From positions 602,763-666,762 of the forward strand of contig JACPDA010000004.1 of assembly GCA_016184225.1 (NCBI GenBank): a stretch of 64,000 nucleotides of DNA, given 5' to 3'. The notes beneath the pieces are model-generated. The model was not told the origin of the DNA, made no database searches, and saw nothing but the letters and a program-made list of their open reading frames with translations. The position numbers and the translations under genes were made by a program. This stretch comes from Candidatus Daviesbacteria bacterium (GTDB taxonomy: Bacteria > Patescibacteriota > Microgenomatia > Daviesbacterales > UBA10151). Shown here piece by piece: positions 10,452 to 19,512 of this stretch. Position 1 is the stretch's first letter, and each line of letters begins with the position of its first letter.

Positions 10452-11321
10452 ATGCGTCCGGCTAACTTAAAAACCAAAATCTTTTTAGACTCCGGGGACG
10501 TCAATGAAACCAAAGAAATTATCAGTGCCTTAGGATTCCTGGACGGTCAGACTACTAATCCTACTTTAATTGCCAAAAATCCTGATGCCCAAAAGCGATT
10601 GGCAGAAGGTAATAAATTCTCAGCTGAGGAGATCATGAGCTTTTATAAATCAGTGGTCAGTGAAGTCTCAAACCTAATTCCGGAAGGCTCAGTTTCCGTT
10701 GAAGTTTATGCTGATAAAACATCTACGGCAGATGATCTGTTTGAGCAGGGTAGGGAAATGTTCCGCTGGATACCTAATGCCCACATTAAATACCCCATCA
10801 CTAAAACCGGGTTGGAAGCTGCCAGCCGTTCAGCAACTGAGGGTATGAGAGTAAACATGACACTGTGTTTTGCTCAGGAGCAGGCAGCTGCGATTTATGC
10901 CGCAACCTATGGGGCTAAAAAGGGCGGGGTGTTTGTATCTCCTTTTGTCGGCCGGCTGGATGATAAAGGCTTAAACGGTATGGATTTGATCAAAAACATT
11001 ACTATAATGTATGGCGCCGGAGATGGACATGCTCAAGTGCTTGCCGCTAGCATACGCAATCTGGATCACTTATTATATTGTCTTCAGCTTAAATGCGATC
11101 TTATTACAGCGCCCTTTAAGGTTTTAAAAGAATGGGCCGAAACAGGCATGAAAATGCCCGGGAATGATTATATTTACCCATCGCATAGTCTTGCACCGAT
11201 TGAATATCAGGAAATAAACCTGGACAAACCCTGGCAGGAATACAATATTACCCATGAAATGACTGATGCCGGAATTGACCGCTTTGCCGCTGATTGGAAT
11301 AGCCTGATTAAAGCTCAATAA
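10452..11321 (+). CDS. tal: transaldolase
   Basis: FLDS, TTNPTL, catalytic IKYP, NMTLCF, SPFVGRLDD and AASIR motifs. Confidence 0.93.
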   Translation: MRPANLKTKIFLDSGDVNETKEIISALGFLDGQTTNPTLIAKNPDAQKRLAEGNKFSAEEIMSFYKSVVSEVSNLIPEGSVSVEVYADKTSTADDLFEQGREMFRWIPNAHIKYPITKTGLEAASRSATEGMRVNMTLCFAQEQAAAIYAATYGAKKGGVFVSPFVGRLDDKGLNGMDLIKNITIMYGAGDGHAQVLAASIRNLDHLLYCLQLKCDLITAPFKVLKEWAETGMKMPGNDYIYPSHSLAPIEYQEINLDKPWQEYNITHEMTDAGIDRFAADWNSLIKAQ

Positions 11322-12033
11322 CTAGGTTATCATCTGCAGCTACCGCATCGGGGAATATTTTTTTTGCTTCATTTTCTGCCCACTTTCTTTTTTCCGGATC
11401 GGTATATTTAGATGCATCAAAATGGGTCAGGATCAACTTTTTCACGCCGGCTTCCTTTGCCAAAGTTGCAGCCAGTGGCGGGTCAACATGTCCCCAGTTA
11501 TCTGATACTTCCATATATGAACATTCGTGAATCAATATATCGGCATTTTGAGCAAGCAGCCTGGAATTGTCACAAATTCCGGTATCGCCGGAATAAGCAA
11601 TTACTTTTCCCTCTAATGTTACCCTGAAACCATGGTTTTCGTTATTATGACGCATCTTCAGTATTTCTACAGGAAACCCAACTTCATGCTTTCCTTCTTC
11701 AAGCTCATGGATTGCAATTTTAATATCAGGGTTTGTATAGGGAGCATTCACCAATGTTTCAAGATCCTTTCTTCTTCCTTTAGCTATGTAAATATTAATA
11801 GGTTGAACGAACTTAAATTTTGATAGCATATGCAGTCCTGAAATATGATCTAAATGGAAATGAGATATAAAAAGTGAAATGGGTTTATCTTCTTTAATAA
11901 ATTGATCAATTTTATAAAATCCGTTTCCTGCATCAAAAATCACGTATCCTTCCTGACTGTCAATTAAAATGCAGGGTGTGTTACCGGTGGAAGTTGTATA
12001 CCAGCCATTTGTTCCCAGAAAATAGATTTTCAT
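11308..12033 (-). CDS. MBL-fold metallohydrolase, RNase Z/BN-like
   Basis: LGT, DAG, SHFHLDH, YSGDT, HEC and LTHF motifs. Confidence 0.88.
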   Translation of the reverse strand: MKIYFLGTNGWYTTSTGNTPCILIDSQEGYVIFDAGNGFYKIDQFIKEDKPISLFISHFHLDHISGLHMLSKFKFVQPINIYIAKGRRKDLETLVNAPYTNPDIKIAIHELEEGKHEVGFPVEILKMRHNNENHGFRVTLEGKVIAYSGDTGICDNSRLLAQNADILIHECSYMEVSDNWGHVDPPLAATLAKEAGVKKLILTHFDASKYTDPEKRKWAENEAKKIFPDAVAADDNLVIEL

Positions 12034-12085
12034 AGTTTGAAACAGTTACAAAATACCATTTTTTTTATCCTTAGTCTATGGTAGT

Positions 12086-12532
12086 ATGATAAACGTGTCT
12101 GATTCCTCACAGTTTGATAAATCCAAGTTTACTAACCTGCCGTATATAAAAAAAGTAGAAAAACCCTGGGGATATGAATTGCATTGGGTACCGGAAGACA
12201 GGCCTTATATGGGGAAGATTGAACATCTTAATGCCGGGGCCAGGATATCCTTGCAACTACACGATAAAAAGCAGGAAAGCTGGTTTTTAATGAATGGGCA
12301 GGCTAAGGTTATTTGGGAAAATTCAGCAGGGGAATTGATTGAAACAATTATGGAGCCGGGACAAGGTTATAGCTTAGAAATTGGCCAGAAGCATCGGCTG
12401 GCCGGCATTACTGATTGTGATATTATAGAAGTCTCCACTCCGGAGATGGGAACCACAGAAAGGCTGGAAGATGATTACAGCCGGCCTGATGAAACACCGG
12501 AACAGAGAAAAAAAGAACGGGGAGAAAATTAG
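12086..12532 (+). CDS. cupin protein (mannose-6-phosphate isomerase type II C-terminal-like)
   Basis: EKPWG, SLQLH..KQE, HRL, IEVST and RLEDDY motifs. Confidence 0.85.
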   Translation: MINVSDSSQFDKSKFTNLPYIKKVEKPWGYELHWVPEDRPYMGKIEHLNAGARISLQLHDKKQESWFLMNGQAKVIWENSAGELIETIMEPGQGYSLEIGQKHRLAGITDCDIIEVSTPEMGTTERLEDDYSRPDETPEQRKKERGEN

Positions 12533-12535
12533 ATT

Positions 12536-13144
12536 ATGTTAAAGCCATATGCTCCGAGACTCCATGAAATGATGAAGGAGGTGCTGATGTATCCCGATGC
12601 TCCCGGCCCGGAAATTCACTACTACATGATCCGTGGCGGTAAGGATAAAACTAATATTACTGTTTGGGAAACGGGCACTGTAGGTGGGGAATATATTAAG
12701 ACCTATGGTCATTATCATGTGGGACAACTTGATGAAACGTATCACCTGGCCGCAGGAGAAGGAATTGTCGTATTGCAAAAAAGAAAACTGGATTCAAACG
12801 GGAATCCGGTTGATGATGAAATAGAATCATTTTATGCTATCCCAGTTAAACCAGGGGATAGTATATTTATTCCTTCCGGCACAGGCCATTTGGTAGTAAA
12901 TACCGGAAAAGCCTGGATGGTGACATATGATGACAGCCCGGTAAACTTTGAAGAGGTTGACCCGGTTTCTTTACCCGGCCATGCTGATTATGAAGCTGTT
13001 AAAAAGATGCATGGTTTTGCATATTATGTGGTAGAAAAAGACGGCAAACCAGAATTGGTTAAAAATGAAAAATATAAAGTAGTCCCGGAGCCGCAGTGGC
13101 TTACCCCCTCCGAATACGCCCAAAAGCTAGGCCTAGGAAGGTAA
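12536..13144 (+). CDS. archaeal-type cupin glucose-6-phosphate isomerase
   Basis: GGEYIKTYGHYH...ETY...GEG, IPSGTGH, ADYEAVKKMHGF. Confidence 0.85.
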   Translation: MLKPYAPRLHEMMKEVLMYPDAPGPEIHYYMIRGGKDKTNITVWETGTVGGEYIKTYGHYHVGQLDETYHLAAGEGIVVLQKRKLDSNGNPVDDEIESFYAIPVKPGDSIFIPSGTGHLVVNTGKAWMVTYDDSPVNFEEVDPVSLPGHADYEAVKKMHGFAYYVVEKDGKPELVKNEKYKVVPEPQWLTPSEYAQKLGLGR

Positions 13145-13204
13145 AACTGAAGGATTATACCGGATCGCAAAGCTATTCCGATCCCGGATCGGGGGATTCT
13201 TAGC

Positions 13205-13753
13205 CTAAACGGAATGACCGGGACGTATGATCTGGATAATTTTGTTAATTGTTTGATTTAACTGCCCAGGTACATTTTTAACCACAAAGTCGTAACTATC
13301 TTTATATTCTTCCCACAGCTTTTGATCTTCCGACATCCTTTTATTGATATCTTCCTGACTGAAACCTCTTTTTCGGAGTCTTTCCAGGACCACTGAGTCA
13401 TCAACAGTCAAGTAGATAACCAACACTCGTGAATCAATTAGTTCCCTAATCTTACCGGCCCTGGATGGGTCTATTTTCCAGATTAGATCCTGATTAGCAT
13501 CCATTAGTTGGGTTTTCTCCGTGCCGTAGAAATTGCCCCCGTATTCTACGTACTCGATAAAATTACCTCTCTCAATTTTTTGTTTAAAATCCTCCCTGGA
13601 GATAAAAAAGTAATCAACCCCGCTTTGTTCACCGTCTCTTGGAGGTCGAGAGGTAGTTGTCACCACCTTTTTAAAACCAGGCAGCAGGGACAGTAGTTTT
13701 GAAATGACAGTATCTTTGCCTGAAGCTGTTTTTCCGGTAAGAATAATGAGCAT
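13205..13753 (-). CDS. gmk: guanylate kinase
   Basis: GKTASGKDT P-loop, TTSRPPRDGEQSGVDYFF, YGT; start placed at MLIIL. Confidence 0.93.
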   Translation of the reverse strand: MLIILTGKTASGKDTVISKLLSLLPGFKKVVTTTSRPPRDGEQSGVDYFFISREDFKQKIERGNFIEYVEYGGNFYGTEKTQLMDANQDLIWKIDPSRAGKIRELIDSRVLVIYLTVDDSVVLERLRKRGFSQEDINKRMSEDQKLWEEYKDSYDFVVKNVPGQLNQTINKIIQIIRPGHSV

Positions 13754-13760
13754 AGAATAA

Positions 13761-14132
13761 TTAATCACGGGATGTATTTTTATCAAGGGCGATCAGCTTT
13801 TCAAGGGAAAAATTTTTGTAAATGATTTTACGATGTTGGCTTGGAACTGTTAACCCATGGATAATTCCACCCAGCAGTATTCCTTTGGTAACAATATAAT
13901 CTACTATTCCCAATGAAATAAAAAAAGACAATCCCAATATAATAGAAAAGGAGACCCAGTGATGCAAATGTATCACCCTGCCAAATATTTTAAACCGAAG
14001 AACCGGAAAAATTTGGACTCTGCCAGTTTTAATGTTGGGCATCTTCCTCCTGATGCGGGCTGTCGGGTGAGTGGTGACTCTAAGCGTTAAATATCCAAGG
14101 GCCGTGGCCGGTATAAGAGATAGATATTCCAT
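13761..14132 (-). CDS. hypothetical membrane protein
   Basis: hydrophobic segments, IHLHHW motif. Confidence 0.65.
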   Translation of the reverse strand: MEYLSLIPATALGYLTLRVTTHPTARIRRKMPNIKTGRVQIFPVLRFKIFGRVIHLHHWVSFSIILGLSFFISLGIVDYIVTKGILLGGIIHGLTVPSQHRKIIYKNFSLEKLIALDKNTSRD

Positions 14133-14222
14133 ATAATATGAACCTATTTTATTCTATTAGAACCTATCTACAAATGCAAATTACCCTATTTCTAGGCTGG
14201 CTTGTAGTGGTATAATATAAGT

Positions 14223-14459
14223 ATGATTAATCAGGAAACCTTGAATACTTTGCTGATCGTAGGATTTCTAGTTATCACTGTTTGTATTGCCTTCGTCGCT
14301 TATTACCTGGTAAAAACCCTAAAATCTATTATAAATCTTACTGAATCTCTGGCGGAAACCTCCGATAATATAAAAGAAAAATTACAAATGAAGTTTTTGG
14401 CAGCAATTCCTGCCCTTTTGGTAGCCTTAGTTGGTAGATTTATAAAAAGAAGGAGGTGA
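14223..14459 (+). CDS. small membrane protein (DUF948/YoxC-like)
   Basis: N-terminal TM plus coiled coil; TGGTATAAT 6 nt upstream. Confidence 0.6.
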   Translation: MINQETLNTLLIVGFLVITVCIAFVAYYLVKTLKSIINLTESLAETSDNIKEKLQMKFLAAIPALLVALVGRFIKRRR

Positions 14460-14463
14460 TTTT

Positions 14464-14718
14464 ATGGCTAATGAGAAAAAAGGCTTAAATCCCTTGGCAA
14501 CAGGTGTGGCCGGGGCTATTATTGGAGCGGCGGCTGCCGCTGCGGCAATAGCGCTGTCAGATGAGAAAAACAGAAAAAAAGTTGAAGGTGTTTTAGGAAG
14601 CCTGCAAAAACAAGGAGATAGCGTCTTAAAGGAAATTACTAAAAAGGCAATGGAGCTCAAAGACGCGGTGGGTAAGAATGCCAGGGGAGTTAGAAAATTA
14701 AGCGGCAAAAAGAAGTAA
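14464..14718 (+). CDS. YtxH-like protein
   Basis: GAIIGAAAAAAAIALSD.KNRKK; strong SD AGGAGGTGA. Confidence 0.7.
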   Translation: MANEKKGLNPLATGVAGAIIGAAAAAAAIALSDEKNRKKVEGVLGSLQKQGDSVLKEITKKAMELKDAVGKNARGVRKLSGKKK

Positions 14719-15696
14719 AGTGGCTCGGATTAATTCATCCAGGGATTTGGTTTTCATTAATCTTTCCCGGTTTTCGGATGCGTTGCTGTAGTTGTTGATA
14801 TAACATTTAACAAACTTTTTCATCAGTTCAAAATGTTTGCTGTCACCCCAAGTCTTTTTAAAAAGATTGAGGTGATTAATTAGTAAATCTACTCTTTGTT
14901 GTGGGGTAACCTTTTCAATATCAACAGCGTCGTTAAACAGCCAGATATTGTTAAAGATTCCCCGGCCAATCATCACTCCGTCAATGCCGTATTTTTTACA
15001 CTTATCACTGGCTTCTTTGCGGCTTTTTACATCCCCGTTGCCTATGATTAAGGCTTTGGATTTAAGCTTGTTGCGGATTTCCACTGCTTTGCTGATTTCT
15101 TCCCAATGAGCCGGGACTTTGGACATCTCCCGGGTTGTCCGAAGGTGTAAAATTAAAGCTGAAATAGGAGTTTGGAGCAGGGTAGTTACCCAGTTCTCAG
15201 TGTCCAAACTACCAAAGCCAATCCTGGTTTTAACGCTAACAGGAAGATTATTGGCTCCCCTGATGGTGGCTTCAATAATTTCTGTGGCCAGCTCAGGGTT
15301 TTTAATTAAGGCAGCACAAGCCCCTTTTTTAATGGTATTTCTGTCCGGACAGCCCATATTGATATCAATACCGTCAAATTTCATTTTCTGAAGCATTTGA
15401 GCCACCTGATAGAATTTCTCCGGATCAGTTCCCCAAATTTGGGCTACAATCGGCCGCTCTACTTCTGTAAACTTTAAAGATCGTAAAATTTTCTCGTGAC
15501 CCGAAGAGAGCAGGGCATCAACCGGCACAAATTCGGTGAAGAACACATGAGGTTTACCCCGCCCGCTACGCAAGCCAGCTTGCTGGCGTTGCGGGCAGGC
15601 CACAGACACCACAATTTGTCTAAAGACAGTATCAGTGACTCCTTCCATAGGAGCCAGGATAAAAATAGGTTTTTGTAACTTCCCCCAAAAATTCAT
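14698..15696 (-). CDS. dus: tRNA-dihydrouridine synthase
   Basis: LAPMEGVTD, DINMGCP, SVKTRIG, GNGDV and GVMIGRG motifs; contains a repeat-derived insert. Confidence 0.93.
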   Translation of the reverse strand: MNFWGKLQKPIFILAPMEGVTDTVFRQIVVSVACPQRQQAGLRSGRGKPHVFFTEFVPVDALLSSGHEKILRSLKFTEVERPIVAQIWGTDPEKFYQVAQMLQKMKFDGIDINMGCPDRNTIKKGACAALIKNPELATEIIEATIRGANNLPVSVKTRIGFGSLDTENWVTTLLQTPISALILHLRTTREMSKVPAHWEEISKAVEIRNKLKSKALIIGNGDVKSRKEASDKCKKYGIDGVMIGRGIFNNIWLFNDAVDIEKVTPQQRVDLLINHLNLFKKTWGDSKHFELMKKFVKCYINNYSNASENRERLMKTKSLDELIRATLLLFAA

Positions 15697-15930
15697 TGTT
15701 AAATTATACAGCAACCTATAGCGATTTGCTTTTCTTAAGGAGATGTGTTAGACTAATAGCAGTTGATTTAGAATTTGAGCTATCGGATATTTTTTCTTCA
15801 TTGATTAGATCTTCTTAAGTAGCTCCCTACTAATTTACAAATATTAGTTTTTTCTTTTTCAATTTATTTTATTGTTCTTCTTCATCCTTTTTTTAAATCG
15901 TGATGAAGGAGAACTCATTTTTAAAATTAT

Positions 15931-17205
15931 ATGTACAACGGAAACAGGTATAAAAGACGGACATCAATCCGCAGAAGCGGCTTTAATGGTGGATTCGGAA
16001 GACCCTCTTCAAGAGGTAGATTCAGCAATTCCAGGAGTTTTTCAGGAAGCAGAGGCGGTCAGAGAAGAAGCCAGCCCCGATTAAATCGGAGCCAGCTGGA
16101 AGGTGCAAACATTAATATGTTTATCCGCAAAGCTGCTGAAATTGTTGCAGAAGAATCTCAGGAGGAAATACAAAACTTCGAAGGCTTTAATCTACACGCT
16201 GCATTAAAACAAAATATTTCCGGCCTCGATTACACAAAACCTACTCCTGTCCAATCTCAATCAATAGGACCTATTTTAGAAGGCCGGGACGTTATCGGAC
16301 TAGCCTCTACCGGTACAGGTAAAACAGCGGCTTTTCTAATTCCCCTGATTCAAAAAATCTTCCTGAATAGAAACCAAAAAGCCTTAATTATTGTTCCAAC
16401 CAGGGAGCTGGCTTTACAGATCAATGAAGAATTTCGGGCTTTAAGCCGGAATATGAATCTTTATTCAGCATTTATAATCGGCGGGACAAGTATGTATAGG
16501 CAAATTCAGGATTTAAGGCGGCACCCGCATTTAGTAATTGCTACACCGGGACGTTTAAAAGACCTGATTGAGCGGAAAAACATATATTTGGAAGATTATT
16601 CCCACATTGTCCTGGATGAAGTGGATTTAATGGTAGATATCGGGTTTGTTAATGATGTGAAATTTTTTGTTTCCTTAATGCCGAAGATAAGACAATCCCT
16701 TTTCTTTTCTGCCACAATTTCACCTAGAATCCAGGATATTCTGCGTAGCTTTGTAACCAATCCTGTAACCGTGTCTGTCAAAAAACAAGATACTTCTGAA
16801 AATGTTGACCAAGACGTTATCAGGGTAGCAAGCTCTGATAAAAAAATTGACCAGTTGCATGATCTGCTGATCAAGGACGGTTTTGACAAGGTCTTGATAT
16901 TCGGCAGGACCAAGCATGGAATTGAAAAACTTAATCGGGAGCTGGAATTCCGGGGTTTTAAAGTGGGGGCAATTCACGGCAATAAAAGGCAAAGCCAAAG
17001 GCAGCGGGTGCTGGCGAGTTTTAAACAAAATCAAATACAGGTCCTTTTGGCCACAGATGTGGCTTCCCGGGGTTTAGACATAGATAATGTTACTCATGTT
17101 ATCAACTACGATCTTCCTCAAACTTATGATGATTATATTCACAGAATAGGCAGAACAGGCAGAGCCGGCAAAACAGGCTTTGCGCTAACTTTCGTCAACA
17201 ATTAA
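15931..17205 (+). CDS. DEAD-box RNA helicase with RG-rich N-terminus
   Basis: Q motif, TGTGKT, PTRELA, TPGR, DEVD, SAT and HRIGRTGR motifs. Confidence 0.95.
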   Translation: MYNGNRYKRRTSIRRSGFNGGFGRPSSRGRFSNSRSFSGSRGGQRRSQPRLNRSQLEGANINMFIRKAAEIVAEESQEEIQNFEGFNLHAALKQNISGLDYTKPTPVQSQSIGPILEGRDVIGLASTGTGKTAAFLIPLIQKIFLNRNQKALIIVPTRELALQINEEFRALSRNMNLYSAFIIGGTSMYRQIQDLRRHPHLVIATPGRLKDLIERKNIYLEDYSHIVLDEVDLMVDIGFVNDVKFFVSLMPKIRQSLFFSATISPRIQDILRSFVTNPVTVSVKKQDTSENVDQDVIRVASSDKKIDQLHDLLIKDGFDKVLIFGRTKHGIEKLNRELEFRGFKVGAIHGNKRQSQRQRVLASFKQNQIQVLLATDVASRGLDIDNVTHVINYDLPQTYDDYIHRIGRTGRAGKTGFALTFVNN

Positions 17206-17231
17206 CTCTTCGTTTGTGTTATACTAAGCCA

Positions 17232-17693
17232 GTGCAAACCTCCTCCTTCTATGCAAGCGGATTCCTTTATAGCCTTAAAACTCACCAAATTCTCTTATTA
17301 AAACCCCAACAAACAGATAGCGCTGACTCTTTATGGTCCACTCTTGGAGGGGAAAGTGGTGAAGGGGAAGAAGCAGAAGTAACTTTCCAAAGGATTGTAA
17401 GCGAGTTATTGGATGTAAACCTTAAAACAAAAGATATTTATCCGGTCTATGATTATTTTCATGATACAAAGGATAAAATTAATTTTGTATTTTATGCTGA
17501 GGTGAAGAATTCTAAGGTATTTAACAACCATAATGATGATACTTTCTCGTGGGTGGCTTTTCATGAAGTATCTAAGCTCCCATTTACCACCCATTCTAAA
17601 CAGGATGTGATAGTTGGGGAGCGGGTTATCAATGCCAAATGGCGGGATGATGAAGCCAGAAAATTAGAATCCTTTCCTGAAACTACACTTTAA
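17232..17693 (+). CDS. NUDIX-fold protein (degenerate Nudix box)
   Basis: WSTLGGESGEGEEAEVTFQRIVSEL; GTG start after TGTTATACT. Confidence 0.7.
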   Translation: MQTSSFYASGFLYSLKTHQILLLKPQQTDSADSLWSTLGGESGEGEEAEVTFQRIVSELLDVNLKTKDIYPVYDYFHDTKDKINFVFYAEVKNSKVFNNHNDDTFSWVAFHEVSKLPFTTHSKQDVIVGERVINAKWRDDEARKLESFPETTL

Positions 17694-17894
17694 AAGACCT
17701 AAGCTATGCTAAAATACTTCTGTGATAATTACAAAAGAGGTATTAGAATTTAGCTTCAAAATACGTTGGGGTGGTGTACCGTACGATGTTCGGACTTATT
17801 TTAGCCTCTGTCAACCCAAAGAATTAGAAATATATAGACATGTGTTTGGTTTAATGTAGTAGTATCTAAAATTTGTGTTATATTAGAATCAAAT

Positions 17895-18476
17895 ATGACA
17901 GAAGTAAAAGGAGGTGAGGGAGAAAAACCAAGGACTGATTTACAGGAATCCTTACATGTAACGTATCTGCCTGGATTCTCAACAGTAGGACATGGAACCT
18001 GGCTTGAGACTGCAAAAGAATCTCTTAAAACAGGTGTCCAGGCAAAAGTACCATTTATAGATACCACAGCAATTCCTTTATTTGATACGACAAAACCATA
18101 CGAAGCACAAATTGATGATGTTATTAAGTTACTTTCTGAATGGCCTCATTACAATTTACCGGCTATATCAATTATTATGCTTCCAAACCCGGATCCGGAT
18201 GAACCTGGAGGACACAGATACTTTGATGGATATTTTGAAGAACTACAAGGGGAAGACACGGGATACAATAACAGGTATGTAATTCCAGCTAGATATGTTA
18301 GGGGATACTTTGATGTGCAACAAAAGTTATTTGTAGAAAACCCTGATTTTAATCCGATAAAAAAGTCATACCCTCATCAAGCAAATATACCAATTAAGCC
18401 TAAAGCTCAAAAAGCAAATATTAGAGGATCTGAAGTGATAAGCATGAATCAATCTTCTGATGAAGATGTTTGGTAA
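17895..18476 (+). CDS. hypothetical protein
   Basis: 193-aa AT-rich ORF next to the tRNA-His 3' end. Confidence 0.6.
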   Translation: MTEVKGGEGEKPRTDLQESLHVTYLPGFSTVGHGTWLETAKESLKTGVQAKVPFIDTTAIPLFDTTKPYEAQIDDVIKLLSEWPHYNLPAISIIMLPNPDPDEPGGHRYFDGYFEELQGEDTGYNNRYVIPARYVRGYFDVQQKLFVENPDFNPIKKSYPHQANIPIKPKAQKANIRGSEVISMNQSSDEDVW

Positions 18477-18489
18477 TTTAGTATCCGTT

Positions 18490-18565
18490 TGGGGTGGCTG
18501 AGGGGAGTTGAACCCCCCACATTCTGTTCCACAAACAGACGCTCTACCGCTGAGCTACAGCCACC
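18490..18565 (-). tRNA. tRNA-His(GTG)
   Basis: G-1 present, TCTGT-TTGTGGA-ACAGA, encoded CCA. Confidence 0.95.
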
Positions 18566-18623
18566 ATAGACTCAAAGTCTACCACATACAGCTTTCGCTC
18601 ACAAATACATATTACTTCGTACT

Positions 18624-19298
18624 TTAGCCTTCCACACCGGGTGTGGAATCGTAAACGTCATCCAGTTGGTGATGCTTAAGTATTTCTAGCTCCATTCCAT
18701 AATCCACCTGAGCTATTACGAATTTTTCGTAGTCTTTTGAATTTTTAAATAACCCCAAAACTATATCTGGAACACATATTATTGGTTTTATTAAATATTC
18801 CTGATAAGAAGACCAAGGGTATTTGTCTATACTTTTAATTAGTTTAGAAACTACCGGATTTAGATGGATATACCGGGATACGTGTACTAATTGTTCATCA
18901 TTTTCAATCCTAACGGCCTTAAACCTATTTTGCCATAACGGACCAACCCGGTTATATTTAGTATTGAAATACTTAGAATAACTATTACAAAACTGCTGAA
19001 TAAAACGACTAGCCCCATTATCTTGTAATTGCCTGATCAAGAAGTGAAAATGGTTGGGCATAAGGCAATATCCGATAATTTCAACATATTTCTTGTCGGA
19101 AATTGGTTTTGAAAAATTTAATTTTGCTTTGCTAAAAAAAGAGAACTTGGGCTTCTTGCCGGAAAACTGATAATAGTAAAATGTTTTTCTGAAACGGTCA
19201 TAATCTCTTGGCTGAAGAAAAATATCTCGCTTTTCACTTCCTCTGTTAAAAAGGTGGTAAATCTCTCCTGTTATAATTGGTGATGTTCTTCCGGGCAT
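18624..19298 (-). mobile_element. REP-associated tyrosine (Y1 HUH) transposase, RAYT-like
   Basis: YHLFNRG, YCLMPNHFHF (HUH), YIHLNP and YPWSSY motifs; start placed at MPGR; hairpins at both ends. Confidence 0.9.
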
Positions 19299-19512
19299 AT
19301 CTTCTACTTTAGCTTTCCACACCCGAGGTGTCAACCTATGGCCCTCTAAAAAAGCCCCTTGCGGGGCTTCCTTAGAGAACCTGTCAATATCGGTCTTGCG
19401 ACTGATAAAGAAACTTTTTGTCTTACGACTGAAGTTTTTAACAGGTTTAATCACTTTACATCAGCGAATATACTCTGTCAACTGGGACAAAACGGATCAA
19501 AATATAGCAAAA

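Noticed and set aside
18624-19454. Classical IS200/IS605 element with TnpB
   Set aside because: No tnpB is present. Protein length and the YIHLNP/WSSY motifs fit the RAYT type, and the two copies are divergent rather than recent transpositions.
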